Positions 8,491 through 17,060 of a stretch of 49,225 nt of DNA are shown piece by piece. This DNA comes from Vicinamibacterales bacterium (GTDB lineage: Bacteria; Acidobacteriota; Vicinamibacteria; Vicinamibacterales; CAVVIG01). The notes below the pieces were generated by a model. It ran no database searches and had not been told where the DNA came from. It was given only the letters and a program-made list of their open reading frames with translations. A program made the translations under genes and the position numbers. Where the stretch lies: NCBI GenBank assembly GCA_036269295.1, contig DATASG010000133.1, forward strand, positions 1-49,225. The letters are read 5' to 3'. Each line of letters starts with the position of its first letter. The stretch's first letter is position 1.

Positions 8491-10059
8491 ATGCAGATCC
8501 GTCGCACGCTCATCCTGACCGCGATCATGGCCGTCCTGATCGCCCTGCCGCTCTCGGCCCAATGGCCGATGAGCGAGAAGCTGGATCTCGACGCGATCTA
8601 CCGCATCAAGGACGAAGGGTTGCAGCGCTCGAAGGTGATGGAAATCGAAAGCTACCTCACCGATGTCTACGGTCCGCGGCTGACCGGCTCGCCCAACATC
8701 AAGGAAGCGGGCGACTGGGCGATGAAGACCATGAAGGACTGGGGTCTGGCGAACGTACACGAAGAGACGTGGCCATTCGGACGCGGCTGGCAGAGTCAGC
8801 GCTTCACCGCCAACGCGGTGACGCCGCGCGCCTACCCGCTGATCGCTTACCCGAAGGCCTGGACGCCGGGCAGCAACGGACCGGTGACCGGTGACGCGGT
8901 CATCGCCGTGATCAACGAGGAGAAGGACTTCGCTGAGTTCAAGGGCAAGCTTCGTGGCAAGTACGTGCTGGTGATGCCGATGCGCGAGGTCACCCCGCAT
9001 TTCGAGCCGCAAGGACATCGCTACACCGACGCCGAGCTGGCGGATCTCGCCAAACAGCCTGCCGCCGGTGGACGCGGGCGCGGAAATTTCGGCGGCGCGC
9101 AGGAGTTCAACCGCAAGAAGACGCAGTTCTTCGTCGACGAAGGCGTGGCGGCGGTGCTCGACTTCAGCCGCGGCGATGGCGGGACCGTGTTCGTGCAGGC
9201 GGCCCAGGGGGTGTCGCGCGATCCGAAGGGCCCGCCGCAGCCGCCGCAGGTAACGCTGACGGTCGAGCACTACGGCCGCATCTGGCGAACGCTCGAGAAA
9301 AAAATTCCGGTGACGCTGAACATGGACATCGCCAACACCTTCTACGATGCCGACCAGAACGCCTTCAACATCGTGGCGGAGCTGCCAGGAACCGACAAGG
9401 CCGACGAAGTGGTGATGATCGGTGGACACTTCGATTCGTGGCACACAGGCACCGGCGCCACCGACAACGCCGCCGGCTCGGCGGTCATGATGGAAGCGAT
9501 GCGCCTGCTGAAAGTCAGCGGCGTGAAGCTGCGCCGGACCGTACGCATTGGTCTGTGGGGCGGCGAAGAAGAAGGGCTGCTCGGCTCGAAGGAGTACATC
9601 AAAGCACACTACGGCGATCCGGCGACGATGGTACTGAAGCCCGAGCACGCGAAGCTCGCGGGCTATTTCAACGTCGACAACGGCACCGGGCTGATCCGCG
9701 GCGTTTACCTGCAGGGGAACGAGGCGGCGGCACCGATCTTCCAGCAATGGATGGAGCCGTTCAAGAACATGGGCATGACGACGGTGACCATCCGCAACAC
9801 CGGGGGGACCGACCACCTGTCGTACGACGCGGTCGGTCTGCCGGGCTTTCAATTCATCCAGGACGAGGTCGAGTACGACTCGCGCACGCACCACTCGAAC
9901 ATGGACACTTACGAACGCGTCCAGGCGAACGACATGATGCGCAACGCGGTCATCGTGGCCTCGTTGGTGATGAACGCGGCCAACCGCGACGACAAGCTGC
10001 CGCGCAAGCCGCTCCCGAAGCCGACCCCCCCGGCCGGCCGCGGCACGTCGCAGCCATAA
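8491..10059 (+). CDS. secreted M28-family aminopeptidase with a PA-like insert
   Basis: The signal peptide is MQIRRTLILTAIMAVLIALPLSAQ. Metal-site motifs are GGHFDSWHTGTGATDNAAG and GGEEEGLLGS. The start at 8491 is supported by the upstream promoter and SD. Confidence 0.9.
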   Translation: MQIRRTLILTAIMAVLIALPLSAQWPMSEKLDLDAIYRIKDEGLQRSKVMEIESYLTDVYGPRLTGSPNIKEAGDWAMKTMKDWGLANVHEETWPFGRGWQSQRFTANAVTPRAYPLIAYPKAWTPGSNGPVTGDAVIAVINEEKDFAEFKGKLRGKYVLVMPMREVTPHFEPQGHRYTDAELADLAKQPAAGGRGRGNFGGAQEFNRKKTQFFVDEGVAAVLDFSRGDGGTVFVQAAQGVSRDPKGPPQPPQVTLTVEHYGRIWRTLEKKIPVTLNMDIANTFYDADQNAFNIVAELPGTDKADEVVMIGGHFDSWHTGTGATDNAAGSAVMMEAMRLLKVSGVKLRRTVRIGLWGGEEEGLLGSKEYIKAHYGDPATMVLKPEHAKLAGYFNVDNGTGLIRGVYLQGNEAAAPIFQQWMEPFKNMGMTTVTIRNTGGTDHLSYDAVGLPGFQFIQDEVEYDSRTHHSNMDTYERVQANDMMRNAVIVASLVMNAANRDDKLPRKPLPKPTPPAGRGTSQP

Positions 10060-10060
10060 C

Positions 10061-10096
10061 AGAAGGAACCGCGGAGATCGCCGAGCGGTTCCTTCT
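10061..10096. terminator. bidirectional hairpin between the convergent M28 and malQ genes
   Basis: A perfect 12-bp stem AGAAGGAACCGC / GCGGTTCCTTCT encloses a 12-nt loop, followed by TCC. Confidence 0.65.
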
Positions 10097-10102
10097 TCCT
10101 GG

Positions 10103-11719
10103 TCAGATTCGGCCGTAGCGTGCCGACCAGGCCGACAGCTGCGCTTGCCGCTCCCGGGCTTCCGGGACTTCATCCAGCCTGTCCACCGGCCACGGCAGGC
10201 GATAGGTCCAGTTGTGGTCGGAGATGGTCGCCGGTTCGTTGATGCGATCGCGCCAGCCGAAGGCATCCTGCACCGGCAGCAGTAACAGATCGGACGCTGA
10301 GGCGAACAGGACCTCGAGCAGGAGGTCGCGGATCGTGGCATCGAAGGGCCGGCGCGACAGATCAGCGCCGCCGCTGAGCCGGCGGACGGACTCGAGCCCG
10401 CTCACCAGACTCCGCTCCGATTCCGTGGCGGCGTCCCACCACACGGCCACCGGCTCGGTGTCGTGCGTGCCCGACGCCGCCACCGACACCTGCGGGTAGG
10501 CCGATGGATCGCGGAACGGCCAGCCGGCCGAATGCCACTGCCGCTCCCAGCGGAAAACGCGATAACCGGGGACGCCCAGGCGGGCGAGCGAGGCGCGCAC
10601 GAAGTCGGGGACGGTTCCGAGGTCCTCGGCGATGATCTCCGCGCCGGCGCCACGAAACAGATCGAGCACGATTTCGCCGAGCGCGCGCTGCGACGGCTCG
10701 TCGGGCGGGGTGAAGAACCCGTCGCCGGCCGCCTCGGCGCCGGTGGCGCTTCGGCGAGCCACGCCTTGCTTCAAGCGGCCGTAGGTGCGGTAGAAGCCGA
10801 CGAGGTGATCGACGCGATAGCCGTCGAATAGATCAGCACTGCGCCGGGCGCGCTCGCGCAGCCACCGGTAGTCGTCGGCGGCCAGCGCGCTCCATTGATA
10901 GACCGGCATGCCCCAGTCTTGTCCGCTGGCGCTGAACGCGTCTGGCGGCGCGCCGACCGACATGTCGAGGCGGAACTGGTGCTGGCGGACCCAGACGTCG
11001 GCGCTGTCGTTGTCGACCATGAACGGCAGATCGCCGAACAGGGCGATGCCATGGGTGTGTTGCCGCGCGCGCTGCCACTGCGAGCCGGCGAGCCACTGGA
11101 GATACTGCTCGTAGAGCACCTCGTCGGCGAGCTCACGGCGGGCACGATCGATCGCCGGCGGATCGCGGCGCTGGAGCGCGTCGGGCCATTCCGTCCACGG
11201 GCGCTCGCGCTCGCGCGCGTGCAGGGCGCGGAACAGGCTGTAGTCCTCGAGCCACCAAGCCTGCTCGCTGAGATAGGACTGAAAGCCGAGGCCGCGTTCG
11301 CTGCCGCCGCGCCATTCGCGCTCGAGAAAACGCTCGAACGCGGCGCGCAGCGCCCGCTGCTTGAGCGCACGGACCTGGTGGTGCTCGATGCGCGGCGAGC
11401 GGCGAACCGCGGCCAGCGTCTCGCGATCCGACGACGCGAGGCCGGCCTCGCCACCCAGGGCGGTAAACTCGGCGACCTGCGGCAGGCTGATGAAGATCGG
11501 ATCGATCGCCATGGCGCTGATCGCGGAGTACGGCGACCGTTGTCCCGGCGCCATTTCGTTGAGCGGCAGCAGCTGCAGAATGCGCTGCCCGGCGCCGGCC
11601 AGCCAGGCGGTGATCGGCTCGATGTCACCGATGTCGCCGATGCCCCAGCTCGCAGTGGACGGGCACGAAAACAACGGGATCAGCAGGCCCGCGCGGCGGC
11701 CGCCGGTCGACGAGCTCAT
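10103..11719 (-). CDS. malQ: 4-alpha-glucanotransferase (amylomaltase)
   Basis: The N-terminus is GLLIPLFSCPSTASWGIGDIGD, and DHLVGFYRTY and GDLPFMV are present. I take the start at ATG 11719, which overlaps the upstream stop as ATGA. The longer 687-aa ORF is an Arg/Ala-rich extension that overlaps the aminotransferase gene. Confidence 0.9.
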   Translation of the reverse strand: MSSSTGGRRAGLLIPLFSCPSTASWGIGDIGDIEPITAWLAGAGQRILQLLPLNEMAPGQRSPYSAISAMAIDPIFISLPQVAEFTALGGEAGLASSDRETLAAVRRSPRIEHHQVRALKQRALRAAFERFLEREWRGGSERGLGFQSYLSEQAWWLEDYSLFRALHARERERPWTEWPDALQRRDPPAIDRARRELADEVLYEQYLQWLAGSQWQRARQHTHGIALFGDLPFMVDNDSADVWVRQHQFRLDMSVGAPPDAFSASGQDWGMPVYQWSALAADDYRWLRERARRSADLFDGYRVDHLVGFYRTYGRLKQGVARRSATGAEAAGDGFFTPPDEPSQRALGEIVLDLFRGAGAEIIAEDLGTVPDFVRASLARLGVPGYRVFRWERQWHSAGWPFRDPSAYPQVSVAASGTHDTEPVAVWWDAATESERSLVSGLESVRRLSGGADLSRRPFDATIRDLLLEVLFASASDLLLLPVQDAFGWRDRINEPATISDHNWTYRLPWPVDRLDEVPEARERQAQLSAWSARYGRI

Positions 11720-12897
11720 ATCCCGGTCACGGCGCGATCGAAGCGCCCCAGGAGGCGCGAAATTGCGTCGGCGAAGGCTGCCTCCGGTGGCAGCAGGCTG
11801 ACGACCAGGAACGATTCGCGGGGAAAGTCGAAAAAGTAGCCGGGGTGCGCGAGCACGCCCTCTCCGAGCAGGCGCAGCACGAGATCTTCCTCTGATTCGA
11901 GCGAAGGCACCTGCAGCACCGCATACCAGCCACCGGCGCTGCGCAGCAGGCGACAGCTCGGCACCGCGCCGGCCAACACCTGCAGCGTATGGTAATTGGC
12001 GCGGGTACGGATGGAGATTTGTGAACGGACGGCCGCACCCCGCTCGAGCAGTGCCGGCGCCGCGAGCTGCGCCGGCGTCGAAACGGCGAGATAGGTGTCG
12101 CACACCAGCTCGAGCCGCTCCAGCGCCGCGTTCACCAGCGGCCCGGGCCCACCGGCGGCGATCCATCCGAGCTTTACCTGCGGCAACCCCACCGATTTCG
12201 ACAGCCCGCCAAGCGCGAACCAGAGCACGTCGCCGCGCGCGGTGACGCGGCCTGCCTTGGCGCCGGCGCCCGGTTCGAGCTCGTAGTCGGCGAACACTTC
12301 GTCGACGATGATCGCGATGCCGCGGGCGGCGCAGATCGCGGCCAGGCGATCGATCTCGTCAGCGGAGATGAACGACCCGGTCGGGTTGTTCGGGCTGACC
12401 ACCAGCACCGCGCGCGTGCGGGGCGTGATCGCGCGATCGAGGCTATCGAAGTCGATCGCCCAGCCGCCGTGCAGGTCGAGGTCGTAGGGGCGCGAGACGA
12501 CGAGGTCCAGGCGGGTCAGGTGATCGAACAGCGGATAACTCGGCCGCGGCACCAGGACGTCATCGCCCGCATCCGCCAGCAGTTTGAACAGCAGCGAGTA
12601 GCCATCGCTCGTGCTCGCGGTCAGGGCGATGCGATCGGGTGAAACGCCGATACCCCGCCGCGCGTAGTCGGCGGACACGGCGCGGCGGGCGTCGATCGCA
12701 CCGAGCGGCGACGGCGTGTAGCGCAGGGCGCGAGCCTCGGCCAGGGGCGCCAGCAGGTCGGACGGATAGTCGAACCCGGCACGGGTCGGGTTCGACTCGG
12801 TGAGGTCGACGAACGATTCGCCGCGCGCGCGGCGCGCCCGCACGGCCTCGGTCAGGCGGTTGGTGGCGACGTTCTCCGGGAGCCGCGACGAGAACAC
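11716..12897 (-). CDS. class I/II PLP-dependent aminotransferase
   Basis: 393 aa with NPNNPTGSF and the Lys motif GGLSKSVGLPQVKLGW. Confidence 0.9.
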   Translation of the reverse strand: MFSSRLPENVATNRLTEAVRARRARGESFVDLTESNPTRAGFDYPSDLLAPLAEARALRYTPSPLGAIDARRAVSADYARRGIGVSPDRIALTASTSDGYSLLFKLLADAGDDVLVPRPSYPLFDHLTRLDLVVSRPYDLDLHGGWAIDFDSLDRAITPRTRAVLVVSPNNPTGSFISADEIDRLAAICAARGIAIIVDEVFADYELEPGAGAKAGRVTARGDVLWFALGGLSKSVGLPQVKLGWIAAGGPGPLVNAALERLELVCDTYLAVSTPAQLAAPALLERGAAVRSQISIRTRANYHTLQVLAGAVPSCRLLRSAGGWYAVLQVPSLESEEDLVLRLLGEGVLAHPGYFFDFPRESFLVVSLLPPEAAFADAISRLLGRFDRAVTGI

Positions 12898-12917
12898 TGG
12901 GAAGTCAGTACCGGGAA

Positions 12918-15002
12918 CTAGGGACCAACGACGATGTCGATCCGGTCGATGATGTCGCCTTCGAGGACCTGATCGACGACCTCGATGCCGTTCAGGACCT
13001 GCGCGAACACCGTGTACTCGTGATCGAGCCGCGGGTTGTCGACGAGGTCGACGAAGATCTGCGCGTCGCCGGTGTCGCGGCCGCGGGTGGAGATGCCGAC
13101 GGCGCCGCGCACGTGCGGCCAGAGCCCGACCTCGTCGCGCATGAAGCTCGCGTCGCCGACGTACTCGCTGGCGCCGGGGCTGCCGCCCTGAATGACGAAG
13201 TTTGCCACCACCCGGTGGAAGGTGAGGCCGTTGTAGTAGCCGGCTTCAGCGAGGTGGGCGAAGCGGAGGACCGCGGCCGGCGCCTGGGACGTGAACAGCG
13301 CCAGCTCGAAGGTGCCGACGCCGCGGATCGCGACCCGGGCGCGCGGCGCCGCGAGGCGGTGGAGATCCTCGGCGTTGAGATCGTTTTGCGGCGGCCTCGA
13401 GGAGAACTTTTTCGGCGGGTCGCCAAGGACGGTCAGCGCCTTGGCGATCGCGTCGCGGGCGTCGTGTGAGTTGTCGTGCCCTTCGGCGATCAGCCGCTGC
13501 CACGCCGCCTGCAGGGCCGGCGTCGCCTGTTCCGGATGCGGCGTGCCGTCGAGGGCCAGCGCCGCCGCTCTCAGGACTTGATGCCCCCGGCGCGAAAGCT
13601 CGGCGAGGTAAATCGCGTCGGCGTCGTGTCCCGCGAGCTTGCGCAACCCGTCCACCGCCGCTTCCGCGACATTGTCGTCCTGGTCGCGCGCCAGCTGTTC
13701 GAGCGCGTCGCGCGCCTTCAGCTCCGCCGCCGCCCGGGCGGCGTAGAGGCGCAGCTGCCAGATGCGCGAGCCGGTGAACTGCGGCAGCGCCGCCGCACCG
13801 CGCGACGGTTGCGCGCTGGCCAGCGCCACCAGCGCGTGGGCGGCGCGATGCCAGCCGCGCGCGGCACCGGCGCTGGTCAGGTCGGTCACGATGCGATCCA
13901 GCGCCGCGGTCGCGTCGGGGGCGGAGCCGCAGGCGCCGAGCTGATCGAGCGCGAACAGCGCGACGTGCGGGTCGCGATCGCCGGTGGCGGCGAGCGCCGC
14001 CGCGCACGCATCGGCATCGTTGCGGGTGCGCAGGCTGCGCAGCGCTTCGAGCCGCACGATCGGGGAATCGTCCGCCCGTCCAGCGGTCAGGAGGCTGTGC
14101 AGCTCGGCGGGCGAGACCTGCGGCGCCGCGGCCGCCGCGGCACGCACCGCCAGGCGGCGAACCTGGGCGTCGGGATCGTGGGCGGCGGCGCCGAGCGTGT
14201 CGACATCGACAGCGGCGGCGTTGGTCAGCGCTTCCAGCGCCAGCCGGCGCACGCGCGCGCCGGTCACAGCTTCGCCCTTCAACGGCACGACCAGCCGCCG
14301 CAACAGCGTCAGCGCGGCATCGTCGGGCGCGCGGAGCTTGCGCTCGGTGCGGACGAGCCCTTCGAGGCCCTGCGCCACGCCGAGTCGATCCGTCAGCGTC
14401 CCGGCGCGGCCGGCCATCTCGAGCAGCGTCCGCTCCGCGGATTCCGCCTGCGCCGCATTCACGTACGGCAGCCGGCCGAGGGCGTCACAGAGTGCTTCGC
14501 GAACGTCCGGCTCGGCCTCGACCTTCAAGCGTCCGGCGAGGGGGTTCGATGCGCCGTCGATCGCCGCCGCGGTCGGCGCCGTCAACCCTGAACCCTGACC
14601 CCTGCCCCCCGAACCCTCGCCCTTCCATCCCTGCGCCGCCTGGGCAATCGCGTTCGCCGCTTCGGACCGAATCTCGGGGAGCGCGTGTCGAAGCGACGGG
14701 ACCAGGTCGGCAATCAGCGCCGGGCGCTCGAGGCGGCCGAGGGCGCGCACCGCGACGCGGACGGTCTGCGCGTCGCCGCCGTGAAGACCGGAGCGGATGA
14801 TCGCCAGATCGCGCGGCGTCGGGGCGCGGCGATCTTCGGCCTGCAGCACCGCGAGACGCGTGGTTCGCGGCGCCGCCGGCGGATCATCCTGGGCGTAGGC
14901 GATGGGCGACGAGAGGATGGAACCGCTGAGCAGGCAAAGACCGCAGAGAAAGATTCTCCTGGCGATCGCAGCGGTCGCCGCGCTTCTTTCTTTGCCGGTC
15001 AT
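12918..15002 (-). CDS. secreted HEAT-repeat protein with a C-terminal cyclophilin-type peptidyl-prolyl isomerase domain
   Basis: Start at MTGKERS with a signal-like IFLCGLCLLSGSILSSPIAYA. Ala/Leu-rich HEAT-like repeats are followed by the cyclophilin signature YYNGLTFHRVVANFVIQGG. The ATG overlaps the M49 gene stop as ATGA. Confidence 0.85.
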   Translation of the reverse strand: MTGKERSAATAAIARRIFLCGLCLLSGSILSSPIAYAQDDPPAAPRTTRLAVLQAEDRRAPTPRDLAIIRSGLHGGDAQTVRVAVRALGRLERPALIADLVPSLRHALPEIRSEAANAIAQAAQGWKGEGSGGRGQGSGLTAPTAAAIDGASNPLAGRLKVEAEPDVREALCDALGRLPYVNAAQAESAERTLLEMAGRAGTLTDRLGVAQGLEGLVRTERKLRAPDDAALTLLRRLVVPLKGEAVTGARVRRLALEALTNAAAVDVDTLGAAAHDPDAQVRRLAVRAAAAAAPQVSPAELHSLLTAGRADDSPIVRLEALRSLRTRNDADACAAALAATGDRDPHVALFALDQLGACGSAPDATAALDRIVTDLTSAGAARGWHRAAHALVALASAQPSRGAAALPQFTGSRIWQLRLYAARAAAELKARDALEQLARDQDDNVAEAAVDGLRKLAGHDADAIYLAELSRRGHQVLRAAALALDGTPHPEQATPALQAAWQRLIAEGHDNSHDARDAIAKALTVLGDPPKKFSSRPPQNDLNAEDLHRLAAPRARVAIRGVGTFELALFTSQAPAAVLRFAHLAEAGYYNGLTFHRVVANFVIQGGSPGASEYVGDASFMRDEVGLWPHVRGAVGISTRGRDTGDAQIFVDLVDNPRLDHEYTVFAQVLNGIEVVDQVLEGDIIDRIDIVVGP
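14584..14632 (-). repeat. in-frame C-run/G-run heptamer repeat inside the HEAT-cyclophilin gene
   Basis: The + strand reads AACCCTG AACCCTG ACCCCTG CCCCCC GAACCCTCGCCCTTCCATCCC. It encodes QGWKGEGSGGRGQGSGL on the sense strand. Confidence 0.8.
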
Positions 15003-16975
15003 GGGCGCAGATGCCGGGTGGCCGCCGAGTACTCGAGCATCTGGGTGGCCAGATCGAGCGGATACGAGATCGTGACGTCGACGATTTCCCCGGCCGTGTT
15101 TCTCAACGCCTCGAGCTTCGGCATCACGAAGCCGCTGTACGACGGCAGTTGCAGACGATCGACGCGGGCGACGACCTGATCGCGCAGCGCCGGGTCGAAA
15201 TGCACGCCGTAGGACGTGAACAGCGCCAGCGCCGCGTCGTAGTCGCCTTCGCCCTTGATCCGCTGCACCTCCGCGAGGAGGCGGCCGACGCCGTCGCGGA
15301 ACGCCTGCGGGTCGGTCATCACGTAGTAGGTCTTGCCGGCGCGCGTGCGCACCTCGATCGCGGCCGTGTGCGCCATCAGCCAGTGCACGATCATCTGGCG
15401 GTTGCGCATGTGATCCTCCTCGATTTCGGTACCTTCGCGCACCCGCCGGAGCTGCACCAGCGCGTTGCGGGCGTAGCTTTCGTACTCGGTACGCACGATC
15501 TCGTCGTGCGCGTCTTCCGGCACCAGACCGAACTCGACCAGCTTGCGATCGGGCAGGAAATACAGCGCCACCAGATCGGCGCGCGACTCTTCGATCGCCG
15601 AGAACTGCTCCTTGAGCGCCGACTGCGGGTTGCCGTTGAGCCGCTGGGCGACCTTGCCCGATCCGTGGCCGATCACTTCGTGCATGTTGGTGGTCAATTC
15701 GCCGGCGAAGGCGTTCCACCGCTTCGATCGCGCCGCCTCTTCCGGGGTCCACGAGAATTCGTCGCGGAACTCGGGCAAGGTCGAGCGATCGTAGGCCTCG
15801 CTCACGTTCGACAGCGACACCGACTTGCTGCCGTAGCGCTCGCGGATTGCCTGATCGTTGGGCAGGTTGATCCCGACCGGCGTGATCGGCCCCGACTCCC
15901 CGGTTTCGATGACCACGTCGATGGCGTTGGCGGTGACGCCGCGGACGCCGTCCTTGCGGTACTTCGCATCCCACGGCATGTGGTCTTCGAACCACTGCGC
16001 CTGCGCCGCGATGGTCTGAATCTGCGTCGTCTTCTCGTGGTTGACGTAGAAGACGATCGCCTCCCACGCGCCTTTGATGCTGCGGGCGTCGAGGTAGACT
16101 TCGACGAAGCCGTTGATCGTGTCGACCGGCGACGCCTTGTCCTGCACCCAGGCAATGTCGTACGCCTCGCGGTCGGACTCCTCGCCGGTGCGGTAGAAGG
16201 TGACCAGCGCGCGCAGCGCCCCGGCCATCGGCTCGGTCGCGTAGGGCATCGCCGCTTCGAGGTGCTCAACGATGGCAGCGATCTGGGCGCCGTAGCGGCC
16301 GTCGACCCGGTAAACCTCCTCGACCAGCTGGCCGTCGCGCTTCACCAGCCGTGAGTTCAGCGGGTGCTTCTCCTCGAAGCGCTCGAGATCCGTCATCGTC
16401 ACACCGACGTACAGGTTGTTGGCGCTGGCGGTGATGATGTCCTTGCCGGCGCGGGGCGTCTTGCTGGTGACGATCGGATCGAGGTCGGGATCGAAGAACA
16501 TCGGCTCGAGGCGCGCGAGCAGCGCGTCGAGGGTCTCGGCGGGCCGCAACGGGAAGCGGGCGCCGGCGAGAGCGGCGGCATGCGCCGCGGCGGCGAAGGC
16601 TGCGGGCGCGCACCCGATGACGAACTTGCGCGAGGTCAGGTTGTTGTACGGGCCGGTGTTGATCCAGAACAGCTTGGTGTAGCGCGTGATCTCGTCCAGC
16701 GTCGATCGATCGACGCCGGCCGCGTGTGTCAGGATCGCCTCGAGGACGTCGCGCATCGAGAGGTTGTGGGCGTAGCGCTGGTCGTAGAAGATGTCGCGCC
16801 CGGCGATAGCGGCGTGGCTGAGGTGCCAGATCAGCGTCTTCTCTCGGAGCGGCAGATCGCGGAAGGCATCGGCATAGAGCTGCACGACGGCGGCTTCGCC
16901 GACACGCTCGAGCAGATACATCCGATCGGCGGACGCGGTGGTTGTCACCGGCGCCGGCGTGGTCGTCTCGTTCAT
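14999..16975 (-). CDS. M49 (dipeptidyl-peptidase III-like) zinc peptidase
   Basis: 658 aa with the HExxGH motif HEVIGHGSG and a second zinc motif EESRADLVALYF. Confidence 0.85.
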   Translation of the reverse strand: MNETTTPAPVTTTASADRMYLLERVGEAAVVQLYADAFRDLPLREKTLIWHLSHAAIAGRDIFYDQRYAHNLSMRDVLEAILTHAAGVDRSTLDEITRYTKLFWINTGPYNNLTSRKFVIGCAPAAFAAAAHAAALAGARFPLRPAETLDALLARLEPMFFDPDLDPIVTSKTPRAGKDIITASANNLYVGVTMTDLERFEEKHPLNSRLVKRDGQLVEEVYRVDGRYGAQIAAIVEHLEAAMPYATEPMAGALRALVTFYRTGEESDREAYDIAWVQDKASPVDTINGFVEVYLDARSIKGAWEAIVFYVNHEKTTQIQTIAAQAQWFEDHMPWDAKYRKDGVRGVTANAIDVVIETGESGPITPVGINLPNDQAIRERYGSKSVSLSNVSEAYDRSTLPEFRDEFSWTPEEAARSKRWNAFAGELTTNMHEVIGHGSGKVAQRLNGNPQSALKEQFSAIEESRADLVALYFLPDRKLVEFGLVPEDAHDEIVRTEYESYARNALVQLRRVREGTEIEEDHMRNRQMIVHWLMAHTAAIEVRTRAGKTYYVMTDPQAFRDGVGRLLAEVQRIKGEGDYDAALALFTSYGVHFDPALRDQVVARVDRLQLPSYSGFVMPKLEALRNTAGEIVDVTISYPLDLATQMLEYSAATRHLRP

Positions 16976-16978
16976 GAC

Positions 16979-17059
16979 GCTCTCAGCTGTCGGCTCTCAG
17001 CCTTCAGTCTTTTCGCCGACAAGTCCCTGGCCCCGGGTGTTCCAGCCCCAGCCCCAGCC
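16979..17059. repeat. intergenic composite repeat: GCTCTCAGC x2 (14-bp period), 7-bp inverted repeat TGTCGGC/GCCGACA, and CCAGCC x3
   Basis: Read directly. The units are at 16979-16987 and 16993-17001, and the hexamer array is at 17042-17059. Confidence 0.8.
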
Positions 17060-17060
17060 G

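Noticed and set aside
14584-14604. Telomere-like heptamer (CAGGGTT / AACCCTG) repeat
   Set aside because: There are only two exact units plus one variant. They lie inside a bacterial coding region and in frame, with no chromosome-end context.
12918-16067. A 1049-aa ORF read as one giant protein
   Set aside because: The first 355 codons overlap the M49 peptidase gene in another frame and are Arg/Gly-rich with no motifs. A clean start (MTGKERS plus a signal peptide) at 15002 overlaps the M49 stop as ATGA. The same logic trims 28566-30308, 10103-12166, 18982-22089, 24916-26451, 31526-33037 and 22614-23984.
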